Source: Dimorphilus gyrociliatus (Eukaryota > Animalia > Annelida). Taken from it: DNA of 64,000 nucleotides. Below are positions 24,762 to 39,052 of the stretch, in pieces. The DNA lies in assembly GCA_904063045.1 (NCBI GenBank), contig CAJFCJ010000020.1, positions 1,170,916 through 1,234,915 on the forward strand, in the 5' to 3' direction. Below the pieces are notes generated by a model, which saw nothing but the letters and a program-made list of their open reading frames with translations, was not told the origin of the DNA and did not search any database. Position 1 is the stretch's first letter, and each line of letters starts with the position of its first letter. The translations under genes and the position numbers were made by a program.

Positions 24762-25773
24762 ATGTTTATTTTAGTTGTATTAAAAGATACTATAAAAATA
24801 CAACCTTGGAATTTTGGAAAAAAGAGGACAGGTGTAATATTAGATGCTCTAAATAATAAATTATCAAACAAGGTACTAATATTCGTTTTGTTTATAAAAA
24901 TCGGACGTTTGATTTACTTTTATAATCTATATTTATGTTGTTAATAGGTTATCAATGATGTTGGAATGTGCTTAACTGTTTGGGATCTTCTAAAAATCGA
25001 CGATAGCTGTATTCTTCCAGGAGATGGCGCAACGCACACGAATGGTTGTGTACTAAAATTTAATTTATATTTAAAACTCAAAATCAACATTCTATTTTTA
25101 GTGTCCTTCAGAGCTGTGGTACTTCGACCATTTGTTGATGAAATATTAGTTGGAAAAATAAAGTCCTGTAGCAAAGAAAGCGTTCAAGGTAACAATACTT
25201 AAGTTTACGACTAATCAACAAACTTTACTTCGTTTATTCCCAGTTAGTGTTGGTTGTTTTGACGATATATTCATACCACCAGAGAATTTACAAGAAAATT
25301 CCAAATTGTGAGTTGCCAATAGTAAATAAGGATCCTAAGAAGGAAATCCATTTAATAATTCAAAAGCTTTCATTAATACCCAAATCATGTTGTTGTTAGT
25401 GACAGCAGAGAACAAGTGTGGATTTGGCAGTATGAAGATGGAGGACAAGCACATGATTTATTTATGGATGTTGGAGAACAAATTCGGTATACATAATTTA
25501 ATACAAGTATTTTTATCGATAGAAGAAATAAATATCCATTTTCAATTCTCATAGATTTAGAGTAATTAGTGAGAAATTCGTAGATCTCTCTCCTAGCGGA
25601 CCACAATATAATGAAAAAGAAAGAGTGGAAAACGATTCAAGAGTACCGTATGAAATTATAGTAAGTCTAATAGCTTAAAAGCATCCTAAATATAAAATAT
25701 CAAACCGTTGCTCTTTCAGGGATCTATTTGTGAACCGGGTTTAGGATTATTATCATGGTGGAATGCCGCATAG
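24762..25773 (+). CDS. POLR3H: RNA polymerase III subunit RPC8/RPC25, multi-exon
   Basis: [27 protein letters not shown]-like [46 protein letters not shown]. Confidence 0.95.
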
Positions 25774-26436
25774 ACAATCCTTTGAATCCTTTTTAACTCT
25801 CTTCTATTTTTGTTTCATTATTTACTTCTTTGTTTACAAAAAACACTTATATTTTTTTATGCTTATTAAACAAACAAAAAATGAAAGCTTTTTATTTCTA
25901 AACAAACTCAAAACTATTCAATAATAAAGTAAGATACTTCTTCAATGAAGACTTAACAACCAGTTTTCCTAGTATTACATTTGATCTGAAATACTTATAT
26001 GAACTGTTTTATTTTTTAACAAGAAACATATTGGATTCGATAAGGTTTTATTTATCGCAAAAAAAGAAGTAGTATTATCAGAATGAAACAATACATTGAA
26101 ATATTTAAACCAACTATTTTTTTACTATTTATACTATTGTTAATTGTTTAAACAAATGGGATTTATGCATATGAAATTTCTTTTTTTGTAAACAAGTAAA
26201 GAGTAATATTTGTGCTACACCCACGTCAAAACATTCTAAAAGGCGGGCTTTTACTATAGAATATACTTCTCTTGTATATTAGGCTTTATAATTACTTATA
26301 CTTGAAATCAATGGCAGTTTTGATAGCAATTAAATACATATATAGATCTTTGATATTTTAATAAATACTAACAGCTTGATATGTTGTAGCATACACATAA
26401 ATAATTAGTCGGCGGAAGAATACACGCGTAAACAAA

Positions 26437-28419
26437 ATGGCGTCGTCGGGGGACATGTGCACTGATGTAACTACAATGTCGGAAAAAGAACAAAATTGTC
26501 CCACAGAAGGAATATGTCAGCAAGATGAAGGAATGGATATCGATGCAGAAGAGACTAAGAAAACACTCACTGAAATTCAAATTGAGAAAATACGTTCAGA
26601 ATTATCTATTTTGGACGATAGATTTCCGCTGGCGAAGCAACTTTTAGAAAAAGGTAATATATTCCTCTAAAACATTTAATTTAGTAGAAATAGAAAACTT
26701 ATTGTCTATTACAAAACATAAAAGAACGTAGACATTATTTAATTTATACAGAGTCAAATATTGTATAATAACTATAAAACTTGTATTACCTAATTATGAA
26801 GTAGCATCTGCACTAATTTTTCGAATGTTTCTTTCCTGTAAAAGCTTTTTGAAATAAATTCACTTTAAACATTATTTAAAAATTTCATGCACTTAAAGGA
26901 TTCTTCTTTAATTATTCAAAATATACAAAACATTACCCTAAATGATATAATTAAATTTTTAATGATAATTTTATCAAGGATATAACGTGGAATGTTTGTC
27001 TTGATATTCCCAATCTAATCTAGTAAAAAAAAGAACGTGTAAAAGTTTTTACCTTAGACTAAGGTTTTTCATAATTCTAGTCTAATTACACATTATTTTA
27101 CTGATGTCAGATTGAAGCCTTGACCTCTTTTTAGAGCTTTGGTGTTTTCTTTTTTCAAAAGAAGCAGAGATGACGATTGCTATGTTATTTATAAGCAATT
27201 TGACTAATTCTTGTCATCATTTATTAAGTGAATAGCCCTTAGAAATTAATTAAAGACAAATTAAATTGACTCTGTTTATGTTAAATATCTGAAATAAGAT
27301 ATACTGTATATTATATATATATATATATATATAGATTATAAATATATATGCAAATTAATACTTGAAAAAGATCACATTGATTGATTAGTCGTTGAATTTA
27401 ATGGAAATGTATTCAAACAGAAATTAAAATACTTACGGAAGGCAATAATTTTGTTGAACTGCACAACGATAAACCGCATGATCACTCTGTTTGTATTATA
27501 GTACCAATTAAGGAAAATCCTGAGGTATGTTATATTTGGATGTTGTAAGAAAACAGCTGTAAAGTGTCATATAAAAAAGTACTTAGAGAGAATTGATAAG
27601 ATGATGATATTTGACCGAAATATTGACTGAGTAATAAAATTATATTTATTATGATATTCCTAACAATAATAAAAAAAAGATTTACAATATTCGATCATTT
27701 GTTACATACTGTTTGAATATCGTATTGTCTTTTATACAGTTTCCATACATTGGTAATCTACTTGGTAAAAGGGGGAATACTCTTCAAGAAATTCAGCGCC
27801 AGACCGGTACAAAAATTACTATTTTAGGAGAAGGATCAATTAAAGATAAAGAAAAGGTTTTTGTCAAATGCAATCAACTTCTTTCTATGAAAATTACGGA
27901 ATTTTACAGGAGGAATTATTCAAGAAGCAAGGAAACTCTGACAAACTCCTGGGCCCTCTTCATTTAGAAGTCAGATGCTTAGATCTCGCTGAAAACGCAT
28001 ATAGACGAATCTCAATGGCCATAAACATTCTTAAACACTTCCTTCATCCGGCTACCTGCAAACGAACACAGGCAAATCTCTTTGCCGGGAAAGACCCATT
28101 ACTGCCATCTTGTACACCACCTTCTACTCCTTCAAGATCACAAGCTCGCGGTTTCGGTCCTCGAGCTCACAACACTAGGGGGAGAGGGTGTAACGGACCC
28201 AATCCACTAGCTTTTATATCAGCTGTTCTGCAAGCGGCAGCACCCTCAGGCTCACAATTCTATGGTGGAAACAACGAAAATGGTGGCTGTTGGCCTAATG
28301 AACAAGACACTTCCATTGATGTAAGAAGAGGAGGTAGACCTGGTCGCAGCCATCCTTACACAAGAGGTAGAGGATTTGAAGGAAGGGCAAGTTTCAACCC
28401 TGTTTCAAAGCCTTTTTAA
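26437..28419 (+). CDS. STAR-family KH-domain RNA-binding protein, KHDRBS/Sam68-like
   Basis: Qua1-like LSILDDRFPLAKQLLEKE, VPIKENPEFPYIGNLLGKRGNTLQEIQRQTGTKITILGEGSIKDKEKEE, LHLEV, RG/RGG-rich C-terminus. Confidence 0.85.
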
Positions 28420-29099
28420 TGTGTTTTTTTTTATCAACAAGTCAGGATTTAGCCAATGTTTTACTTTAACTCGTCTTTTATTTTACTCAACTTGCTCAAA
28501 TGCTTTTCTTCATGATTTGTGTGCCATACATCTCCATCTCTTTCCAATTTGAACAAACCTACTTCACTAAACCAATTTGAAAACTTCGCTCTTAAAAATA
28601 AGAAAAAAATATCAAGTTTTTTCCACCCTTTTACACTTTAACTATTCAATTTCTTAAGCATTTAGACTAAATGAAGTTTTAACAGTTTTAGCACTAATTA
28701 ACTTGATCTTTATCCATATATTTATTCTTGTAATGAGCTAAACATCGATTCAATTTAATCAATTATCTTTAAGATAAAAAAAGAAAATTTAGAGTGCTGT
28801 AAAGCCTGACTTGCATTGTTATTCTTGTTGAAAAAATTTGTTCATTCATGTTTCCGTTTTATAATGGTTTTTTTAGTTTTCACTCTTCCGAGATGAAATT
28901 GAGTGCCATGTGCGTGTGAAGAATTAAAATGTTTTTGTTTTTGAAAAGTTTCCTACACAGGCCAAAAAAAAAAAGAAAAAAACATCTTGAAAAAATTGCT
29001 AATAAAACACAAAAAAAACCTTTGCCAGATTAATTCATTTAAACGTTTTAATTTCTGTCATAGTTTAACTTTAAAAAACTATTTTCTTATCAATTTATC

Positions 29100-31897
29100 A
29101 TGAATAATCTACAAATTAATTATCTAATTAGTACTTTATTTCTATATTTTTATCAAAATACTTCGCTTACAACTAATTTCGATAAATTAAATTATTCCCA
29201 AAGAGTAATTCATAGAAAATATTTACTTTACAAAAGATATTTGTATAGAAATATAGTACCACTTCCAATATCAGTTATCTTTTCAGCTTTCAGCAGGTTT
29301 GTATAAAGTTCCCTTGTTATTTTTGCACTTTTGATGATACATTTTCTAATTATCTCAGAAAATTTCACCTTTTGTTAAGAAGAGAAGATTGCGTATCGGA
29401 TTTTGAGATTAATTCAGTACATGAAAATTCTTTAGATTATTCAATTCAATTTAAAGGTTATGATAAAAATTCTGTATCATCAGTTTATGGAAATTTACAT
29501 AGTGGTATATTTTTGGGAAGAATTTCCTATCTAAATGAAACATTCTTTGTTGATGATACGAAGTCTAGTAAAAGTTTTCATTCCATCGTTTATTCAAATA
29601 AATATTTAGATAATCAAAATATCTTTACAAATATTGTTAAACAAGCAAATTGTTCATTCTCAAAAGCAAGAATAAAAAGATCTATAAACAAATCGAATAG
29701 AAAACTTCTAATAAATACAAATATATGCTATATAAAGATAATTAGTGATCATCATGTTTTTAATTATATACTGAAGAAAACTGGAAAGAAATCTGTAAGT
29801 TTATCAGATATCTGATCACTAATTTATGTTGATTTGCTTTGTTAACAATAGAAGGGCCGTAGAGATGTTATTTCCTATATTCATGGTTATCTGAGGAGGG
29901 TAGTCGATATGGTAAACTCTATGTTTGGATCAATAAAATTCAAAATGGGCTTATCCACAGTAAATTATATAAAGATAAAAGCTCTAATTAATGTTATCAC
30001 CCCAGATATGTGTAAAAATCCTAAAATTTTGCAATCTATCTGTACGAATGACGTCAATTCAGGTGTTTCGTTGAGAAAGTTCTCCTTAATTGACTTTTCC
30101 CAATTTTGTCTTGGAATTCTATTTACTTATAAACAAATGGACGCAAATGGAATAGCATATACAGGGATAGAGAGATAAAAATCGGTTAAACTAAGATAAC
30201 TATTCACTTTTAATTAATGTTTTATAACATTTTTATCTTAGAATTATTGAAATATCGATTTTTTTTCTCAATAAAAAAAGGTTATGTAAATTCTTCAGGC
30301 GGAATATGTAGTTTACCATTACTAAAACAAAATAGACAGACTCAATCCACTAATACAGCTGTAATCAGTCGTAATGTTAGAGGAGAGATTGTTGAAGAAA
30401 TATATAATTTTATAACCTTTGGTCATGAAATTGGTCATACTTTTGGTGCTATTCATGATAATTCAGTGAATTGTAAAAGTAACATGTATATTATGTCCCA
30501 AACTGCTGTGGATGGTAAAATACCCTCTCATTCTAAATTCTCAGAGTGTAGTGAAAAGAGTATAAGCGATTTAGTTAATTACGTTCTCAATTTAAAAGAT
30601 AATCAGAGTAATAAATATCGAGAATATTGTTTTAAATCTTCAAACTTTTCGTTTTGTGGGAATAAAATAATTGATGAAGGAGAAGAATGCGATTGTGGAG
30701 ATTATGCTGAATGTCAAGAGTCTGGTGATATTAATTGTTGCTTTCCTAAAACTAGACATAGAAATCGGGCGATATTTAACCATCAACATGACCACTTTGC
30801 TTGCAAAAAGAAATCTGGAGCATTTTGCAGTGGTTCGGAAGGCCCTTGCTGTAATATACGTAATTGTACGTTAAAAACAAATTTAGACATATGTGCAGAT
30901 GAAACTGACTGCCTGTTTTCCTCTTATTGCAAGTAAACTAATTGTTTATAAATGATAAGATATAATTATTTAATTTATATAATTTCAATTGTTTAGCGAA
31001 ACTAGTCCTAAGTGCCCAAAGCGCAAGCCTAAGCCAGACTATAAGACACTTTGTGGTGAAGATAAGAAGAGAGTTTGCAAGAATGGTGCATGTATAGAAT
31101 CCATTTGCTTTTATTTTGATTCTGTTCCTTGTAGCTTAGACGAGGAATTAGAAAATGTACGAAGCGTGCAGCGAAAGTGCGTAATATCCTGTTTGAGAGG
31201 GAAGAATAAATGTCGAATACTTTACAACTGGCAAATGAGCAATGTTACTTACAGATCGAAAGCAAATGACTTTTCCCCACAATTTCTTCCTGTGGGTGCT
31301 GCATGTGATAATAGAAAAGGGTTTTGCGACAGTTTACATAGGTGTAGAAAAGTTTTTGTTGATGGTCCACTACAACAAATAAGCTCTTATATATTTGGTT
31401 CTGGCCTACATAGTTTAAAAGCTTTTATGAAGCAGAGATGGTACATTTTATTCATCATAGGCCTTTTACCGACTGTCTTTTTCAGTGCGACCTTGGTATT
31501 TTGCGATAATCGAATAGGTTTATTAGATGACTTAGCTTTAAATATCGCCTTTACAAATTCTAGTTTATCCATTAGCAGTAGTTTAAGAACTTTTGGTTTG
31601 TAAATTTTTTTTAAAAAAAACTTCCCATTTAAATAATCTAAATGAAAAGTTTCAGTAGAACGTTTAAAAAATGCTGAATTAAAAAGTCTATCACAGAGAG
31701 ATATTTCAATAGAAGAAATCATGTTTTCTGCTCCCGAATTAGCCGAAATGGCATCAAAGAAATACGATATTAAAAGGGCAGCTCTAATAACAGATTACCT
31801 AGAAAAAGTTATAAGTAAAAGAGTTCATAGAAGTATATCAAATCACAAATCTTGTCTAGGTATAGATAGTTCATATTCCAGTTACGATAGTAATTAA
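29100..31897 (+). CDS. Divergent ADAM10/Kuzbanian-like metalloprotease
   Basis: Prodomain with Cys and furin site RIKR; HEIGHTFGAIHD zinc motif, Met-turn YIMS; disintegrin CGNKIIDEGEECDCG; Cys-rich domain GFCD..H.CR.V..DGPL; TM WYILFIIGLL; last exon 31656-31897 in frame. Confidence 0.85.
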
Positions 31898-32232
31898 AAT
31901 GATTACATAAAAAATATATTTGTTATGATATTGAATTAATAATAAACAAATTGAATATTCATATGATAAAATATCTTGATCAATGTATTAGCAAATCGTT
32001 TAAATAGAGACAGTGGTTATTAAAAGCATGTCTAGTGATGATAGTTTACTATAAGTTAGTTATTTTCCAATTATGAAATCGTAATGATCACAGTCTCCCT
32101 TGTGGATTTTAGTAGTACCCGGCATCTAGGTGGCGTTCTATGACTTCATACGCATCCGGCGCTTAAATAAAGCCGGCAGCCATCTTGAAAATACTGATTA
32201 TCGCTGAAACTACCGGGGAAAAAATAGAAAGA

Positions 32233-34266
32233 ATGGCTAAAGCCGATGAAGATGCTATTAAGATGTTCGTCGGTCAAATACCGCGAGCGTATTCAGAGGA
32301 GGAAGTAAGAAAACTATTTGAACCTTTTGGGCCGATCTTTCAATTAAGCGTGCTACGGGACAAGCAGACGAACGTCAGCAAAGGCTGCTGCTTCGTTACA
32401 TTTTTCAGTAGAAAATCTGCTCTGGACGCACAAAATGCTTTGCACAATGTGAAGACGCTACCGGGTATGGTTCACCCAATACAGATGAAGCCCGCCGATT
32501 CCGAAAAAAGGTAGGTTTTTTTGTTACATAATACGCTGTCCACAGTGTCAGAAAAATAGTTACGGTACACTCCGTCACCAAACGATCTAGCTAATTAATT
32601 TGCAGAAAATTTACTACTAGGCTATCGTAACATCTTCCATTATATTACACAAATATAGGTGCTCTTTAATTGTGAATTATATAAACTAACAGTTCTCAAG
32701 CATTAATTGACTGAGCAGTTGATATTAAACAGCTTGATACGAACTAAATAACATACTTAATTCTATGCAATGTAATTCTCTTACTTGTCAAATCATACAG
32801 GAACGCAGAAGAGAGGAAATTATTTGTGGGAATGCTTTCCAAAAAGATGAATGAAGCTGATGTTAGAGATATGTTCAAACTCTATGGTACTATCGAAGAA
32901 TGCACAGTCCTGCGTGAGGGGGCTGGTGTTAGTAAGGGCTGTGCATTCGTACTATTTACAACGAAAACATCAGCCTATTCGGCTATGAGAGCGTTGCACA
33001 ATAGTCAAACAATGGAAGGTTGTAGAGCACCTTTGGTTGTCAAACTTGCCGATACACAGAAAGAGAAGGAAGCGAAGAAGGCTGCAGCACAGGCCGCCGC
33101 TGCCGCGAACGTCTACCCTCAGCAACCTCATAGTAACCCAATGAATAATGCACCCAGCATGATGGGACAAATGCAGAATGTAAATCCACAATATATACAA
33201 CAAATTCAACAATTATTAAATGTACTTCAGCAACCTCAACAAATCGGACCGCAACAAACTCAACAGATCAACAATCTTCAGCAAATCATCCAAGCTGCTG
33301 CTTCTTTAGCTAATAATCCGGCGATAATGACCGCTCTGTCACAGTTGGGAGTAATGGGTATGCAAATTTAACTTGTATTGCTATTAAAATGTAGCGCAAA
33401 AATTTCTCTAGCTTGATAAGTAAATAGATTTTCTAGAAGATAGACCATGCTTATTTTTAATTCGCTTGGCTAAAAAAATGTGAAAAGAATTAAATAACCA
33501 ACCATAAATCAAAAATAAAACAATTTAATTATAGCGAGCTTTAATAGCATTAGGTGCTTTAGTATATTCTTAATGTATATTCTAATCATTGCTTTGTTTA
33601 AATGTCTTTTTTTCAAGTCATAAGTTTATCCGTATATTTATTACTAATCAGCAAAATTTACATTTTAGGCGCATTTTGAACAATGTATACATTTGTGTTT
33701 ATTGTCATCTTGCTTTAGGTAACACGAATGAAGTAATAGGAGGGGGAGTCGATATGTCAACGCTATTAAATGGGGCTAATCAGCAGCAGAGTAATCCTGC
33801 TACGCAGCAACAACAACAAAATCTTTTGGGTATGATCTCTCAGATGTTAACTGGAGCTGGAGGACAGGTAAATCCTACTGGAAATGATGCTTTAAGTCAA
33901 GCGTATTCGGGTATGCAACAATATGCTGCTGCTCAACAACAGTACACGCAGCAACAGCCCCCCCAACAAAATGGAGGCTACAGACAATCAGAGGGACCAG
34001 AGGGCGCAAATTTGTTCATTTACCATCTACCAGTTGAATTTACGGATTCTGATCTCTTGCAGACATTTTCACCATTTGGTAATGTTGTATCAGCGAAAGT
34101 CTTTATCGACAAACAGACGAACTTAAGTAAATGTTTTGGCTTTGTTAGCTATGATAATCCTATGTCGGCTCAAGCAGCAATTCATTCAATGAATGGTTTT
34201 CAAATTGGTCAGAAACGACTTAAAGTGCAACTAAAGAGGCCAAAGAACGATGGAAAACCCTATTAA
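32233..34266 (+). CDS. CELF: CELF/Bruno-like RNA-binding protein (3 RRMs; CELF1/2 type)
   Basis: [80 protein letters not shown]. Confidence 0.95.
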
Positions 34267-34380
34267 AAAGTTTTTGTTGTTATTTTTTTTCCTTTTTTTA
34301 GACACGTAAAAAGATCATCCTTTTTTGTACAGGGTATGTGTGGTTGTGTGTATTTTTTTCTTGCATATTATATATTATAC

Positions 34381-34412
<32 letters not shown>

Positions 34413-34759
34413 GGCTATATATATATATTCATTAGTGATTAGTAAAGTAAACTTCGTTCTTCCACGACGTGTTCTTTATATATACAGTTAAACTTCCACG
34501 ACCGTGTTCCGTTCTCTTTATATTTATCTATTTGATATTAGAGGTCGGTGAAAAAGGGGAAATAGGCGAAAATTTAAAAAACCCAAATACACCGGCCTCT
34601 AACCTTTTGGTTTTTGGTCCAGTAAGTTCAGCCAAACATATTTAGTATTTTGGCTATGTGCTATAAGACTAGTGCATACATTCGTTATTGGCTCGTTCAA
34701 CTAAAGAGTTCAAGTATGATTGACAAACACTTTTGATCAAAAACTGCAGTTTTTTCTCT

Positions 34760-35180
34760 AAACGTTTGTCAAGGCGTTTCTCTAAAAAGACAGTTCCGTT
34801 CTCTATTTATCAAAAGGTGCTTTTTATATTCTTTTTTTATTCCGTCCGAATTTGTTGCCTTTTAAGCATCTGATTCACAATTTGCTTCATTTCTCTTACA
34901 AACTTTCAAACGTTATAAGACGAGTCAAGTTTTTTTTTACATATGGTTACGAATTACATATTTTTATGTATATCTATCTCTCTATGACTATGAACGTTCG
35001 TTCAAACGTTTTCCAAACGACAGTTCAATATTTTATCAAACAGGTGCTTTTTTATATTCGAACTGTGAGAATCTCGTGCTGTTTTGCACATATTTATTCC
35101 GTCCAAAATTATGTTGGCTTTTAAAGAGCCTCGTCAGAAATTTGCTTCTATAGTAACGTTTTATAAAGCGTTCAATCGTT
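34760..35180. repeat. Degenerate direct repeat, about 230-bp period, two copies (third partial near 34490-34520)
   Basis: Collinear shared blocks GACAGTTC, TTTATCAAA(C)AGGTGCTTTTTATATTC, TTATTCCGTCC, GTTG.CTTTTAA, AATTTGCTTC, CGTTATA.GA at about 34788-34920 and 35017-35188. Confidence 0.65.
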
Positions 35181-36281
35181 ATAGGATAAAAATGAAATTT
35201 TAAATCTTTTATCATACTAAAATTATATATTTTTTGTACCTCTTGAAATATTTTTGCGATTCCAACTGCTGGCAGTTAAAAACGCAAACGTTAAAGATTT
35301 TTTGTATATAATGACGTGTTTACAGTGAGAAACACGACATTAAAAAAATTATGGACAAAAGTTGAAAACCAATGAAATGTAACTGAGTGTATTGGACAGA
35401 TATTTTTTAGATGTTAGGAGTGAGCCGTCTGCTAATTACAAGCTGACTCAACCTAGAGATTAATCAGGAATAACCTAAAACAAGTGCACTTACAGTTTAC
35501 TCTTTGATGTACATTTTCAGTCATCCATTTACAGAAGATTTCCTCATAATATTCAATACAAATTTATTCAATGGTTATTCAATGGAAACACTTGGAAAAG
35601 GGGAAAAGTTGTTTATCAAGTTATAATTCTGAGTGAGCATTAAATACAATACATTTAATCTATCTCTGAAAAAATTTGTTGTCGAAATAAATCATTGTTC
35701 ACATGCAAAATTGTACTTTATATGTTTTACTACCTATTTCTTAGGAGAGGTAAAACAAGGTTAATGCCAAGCAAATAGAAAACTATTCTTATTAAATATT
35801 AATTATCATATTTTGGTTCATTTAGCACAGAATAATACATTAAAAAGCAAAAATATTATCCGAAACGCCTTATCTAACATTTCAAAAAGTTAGTTAGATA
35901 AAGAATATTGCTGCAATTGTAAAAGAATAAAAAAGAAAAGAATGTATACTGTATATATACTGTATATTAGTATATACGGTATATAGATTGCGCATTTTGT
36001 CACTTTAGAAAAGGTGAAGAGTGCACTTGGTAAAATAGAACAAAAAAACGTTCGATACTGAAATGAATGTTGAAAAAACCTATCAATATTTACTAAAGTA
36101 AAAAAAAAAAAAGGGGGAAATATTCTGTCATTTGCACGCTTATTTCCTCAAAAGACTAGAATATAGATATATAGATTATTTAATTAAATATTTCTAATTC
36201 AATGCTTTTTATCAAAACGTATGAAAATGTAAAAAAAGAAAAAGAGATAAAAAAATAGCCTAAGTATAAAATCTAAGTTAC

Positions 36282-37643
36282 TCAAACAATTGATGGTGGA
36301 ATTTCATCAAAATGTTGTAGAGGCGTCATCCTTGTAGAAGAAAGTGATGAAAATCCGTTTGAGTTTGAAAGTTCGGTAGAAAAAACACCAGATGAAGTTG
36401 GTGTTGTTGGAGAGACTAACGAGTTAATTATAGAAATCCGATAATTAATCAAACGCCCCCAAAAAAATAAAAAACGAAATATTTACTTACCAGTGAGTTG
36501 AAGAGAATTTGATATATTGTCTTCTTGAGGCCTCTGACGCTTTGCTTTTAAGAAGCACATGATTGTGAGAGCAATTATCGAGATAACAAGCACAATTGTT
36601 ACACATATAATGAGTGGGAGTAAGATCTTTTCGGAGCTACTAGTTGACCTTTCTGTTGATATAGCCGCTATAAAATGGAATATTAAACAATCATAGAAAA
36701 AAGATAAGGATATGGATTGGGATAATTTAAACCAGATGGAAACGTGACTTACCAAGTGTAACTTTATAAACAGAGCCATTATGATCCATCGGTAATCTTT
36801 CAAATCGGTAAAATCCCTCATCGGAACTTTCAAAGTTTTCTAAATTGAACGTAATCCTATTACCCTCAGTTATAATCTTAATTCTCTGCTCCTTAGGCGT
36901 CTTCCAAATAGTAACTTCCTGACTAACAATAGAAGCAAGGGTCAATTCATCCGCACCAACGGAATCAACTTTAAACCAGATAATAGTATCATACTTTGTC
37001 AAATCGACATCCGTTTTTAAAATTAGGCTAGTTCCTTCTTTTATCCGAATATATTGAATTTCTGAAAAGATAAATATATCTATAGTTTACAATATCTCCA
37101 AATAAACAATCTGTAAAGTTTTTATGTAGCAAGTGCTACGCGACTGATGCGTTTTAATTGAAAAATAATTTAAAGTCAATTCCGCCGGATGGTCACTAAA
37201 AATTTATTTATTGAGCCTTTCTGTTAAGTAAAAAATATGCAATATTTATATATTATTAATAATTTTCTCAATCTATTTGCTTGTAATTTTTCATAAATAT
37301 TCTTCTTCTTCTCTTCCTTGTCTCTTTCTCGTTCGTTTTTTGCTTATTTATAGGTTATTTTTTATTTTATACATCTATCTCTTTCCTTTTATAAATGTCT
37401 TTGCTCTTATTGTATAAAACTACAGTAATTCCTAGATGAGAAGAACGCAATAGAAACAAAAACCCAAATCAATTTTTTAAAAGTACAAAAGTATTAAATT
37501 CATTTCCATTACATTCATGCAATAATTCTAGTTTAATACTATTAGAAAATAGACAATAATGCTGATATCTTACCTCTTATTGCAGTAGAGTTGCAGAATA
37601 AGGTAGAGAATAGAAAATATATTTTTATAAATTCAAAAATCAT
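36282..37643 (-). CDS. Type I membrane protein with a single cysteine-free V-type Ig-like domain (4 exons, phase-1 junctions)
   Basis: Signal MIFEFIKIYFLFSTLFCNSTAIR; EGTSLIL..D.......IIWFK...RIKI.....ITF.LENFESSDEGFYRF; TM ILLPLIICVTIVLVISIIALTIMCFL; Ser/Thr tail ending PPSIV*. Confidence 0.72.
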
Positions 37644-38399
37644 GGGTTCATATCAATTATATTTTTTTATGTTGAAGGATACTATGGAACAACTCAATTT
37701 TATATACCTACTTGTAAAAATGCTGATTGGGTATTCGCCTATTTAATATTTATAAGTACGTTGTTGGGTCATAAAGCAATTTTTTGTTGTATAATATACA
37801 TCGTCGATTTAACAAACATTAAAGACTTTTTTTATATAAAATCTATTGTTTTCTATTAGTTTCTTTACGTATCAATAGATTGATATATAATCAAATAATC
37901 AACAATTAATTACCTAAGTCAATCCTTTATTTATTTAGTATTAAATGAAAATAGCCCGTTAGAGAACTACAGCTTAAAAGTGTAGGATAAATGCAAAAAA
38001 AAGAGAGAGGAAATGAAAGACAAGTTGATTAAACGTATAAAAAATAAATTGTAACAAATATTAATTGTTTCATTAATAAGTCTAATCGTAAAAAACGATG
38101 TTATTAATGAACTGTTCTATGGATAATTAGTCATTTTTTATGATTTTCCCCTTTTCCCTCTTCCCTTTTATTCTTCTTTATTTACTCTTTTGTTATTATT
38201 CCAACTATTTGCTTGAATATAACACCTTTCCTTTCATTCAAGGTTATTGTGTAACTGTAATTTTTATTGTTTCTACATTTACTTGTTCAATTTTTATGTA
38301 AGGGGATTGAATAATGAACGGCTATAACACGAATTGTCGCTTACATATATGCATACCTTTCAGATTATAATCCCTTAATAAACGAAGTTAAAATAACCG

Positions 38400-38471
38400 A
38401 GCAGAGTGGCGCAGTGGAAGCGTGCTGGGCCCATAACCCAGAGGTCCGTGGATCGAAACCACGCTCTGCTA
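38400..38471 (+). tRNA. Initiator tRNA-Met (CAT)
   Basis: AGCAGAG acceptor with A1:U72, GGG/CCC anticodon stem, GATCGAAA T-loop; T10 terminator at 38481. Confidence 0.97.
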
Positions 38472-39052
38472 CGAGGTGTATTTTTTTTTTCTTCATATTG
38501 TGTTTTTTATAGCAAGAATAAAACATTGTTAATATTTCAAACCAACCATAAAACACTAATTTTATTAGTATAAGTAAGAAGAATAACAAAATAATTTATT
38601 TTTACAAGACACTAGCGACATCTATAGTTTTTCCACAAAATAGTAACTATAACAAATTCTACTAAAAGCAAGATACATATAAAACATTCCGCATTTTTCA
38701 AATACAATAATTAACATAAAATGAACAAATTAGGCGTATACTTGTCAATTTTATCAAAAAAATAAGTTTTTAACCAATTTTTCATACAAATAGCCTGTGT
38801 AAACTTCTCTTTTTATATATAGGGACTTAAAAAAAGACTTATAAATGTAGGAATGTTTGAAATTGTAGTTCTTAATATAATTAGTTATTGAAATATTCTA
38901 TAAATGTAGATTATAAATGGATTTGGATTAGGATATTTTTTATTTTAGGTAGAGAATGAAGTAGAATACAACTATTCAATTCATTCAATTAGATTCACTT
39001 TTATTGTAGAGTATGGGAATTTTTTTATACATAGGTATATAGAAAAAACATA

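Noticed and set aside
27090-27200. Possible poison exon in the long KHDRBS intron (GTCAG|ATTGA)
   Set aside because: Weak acceptor context and no convincing donor
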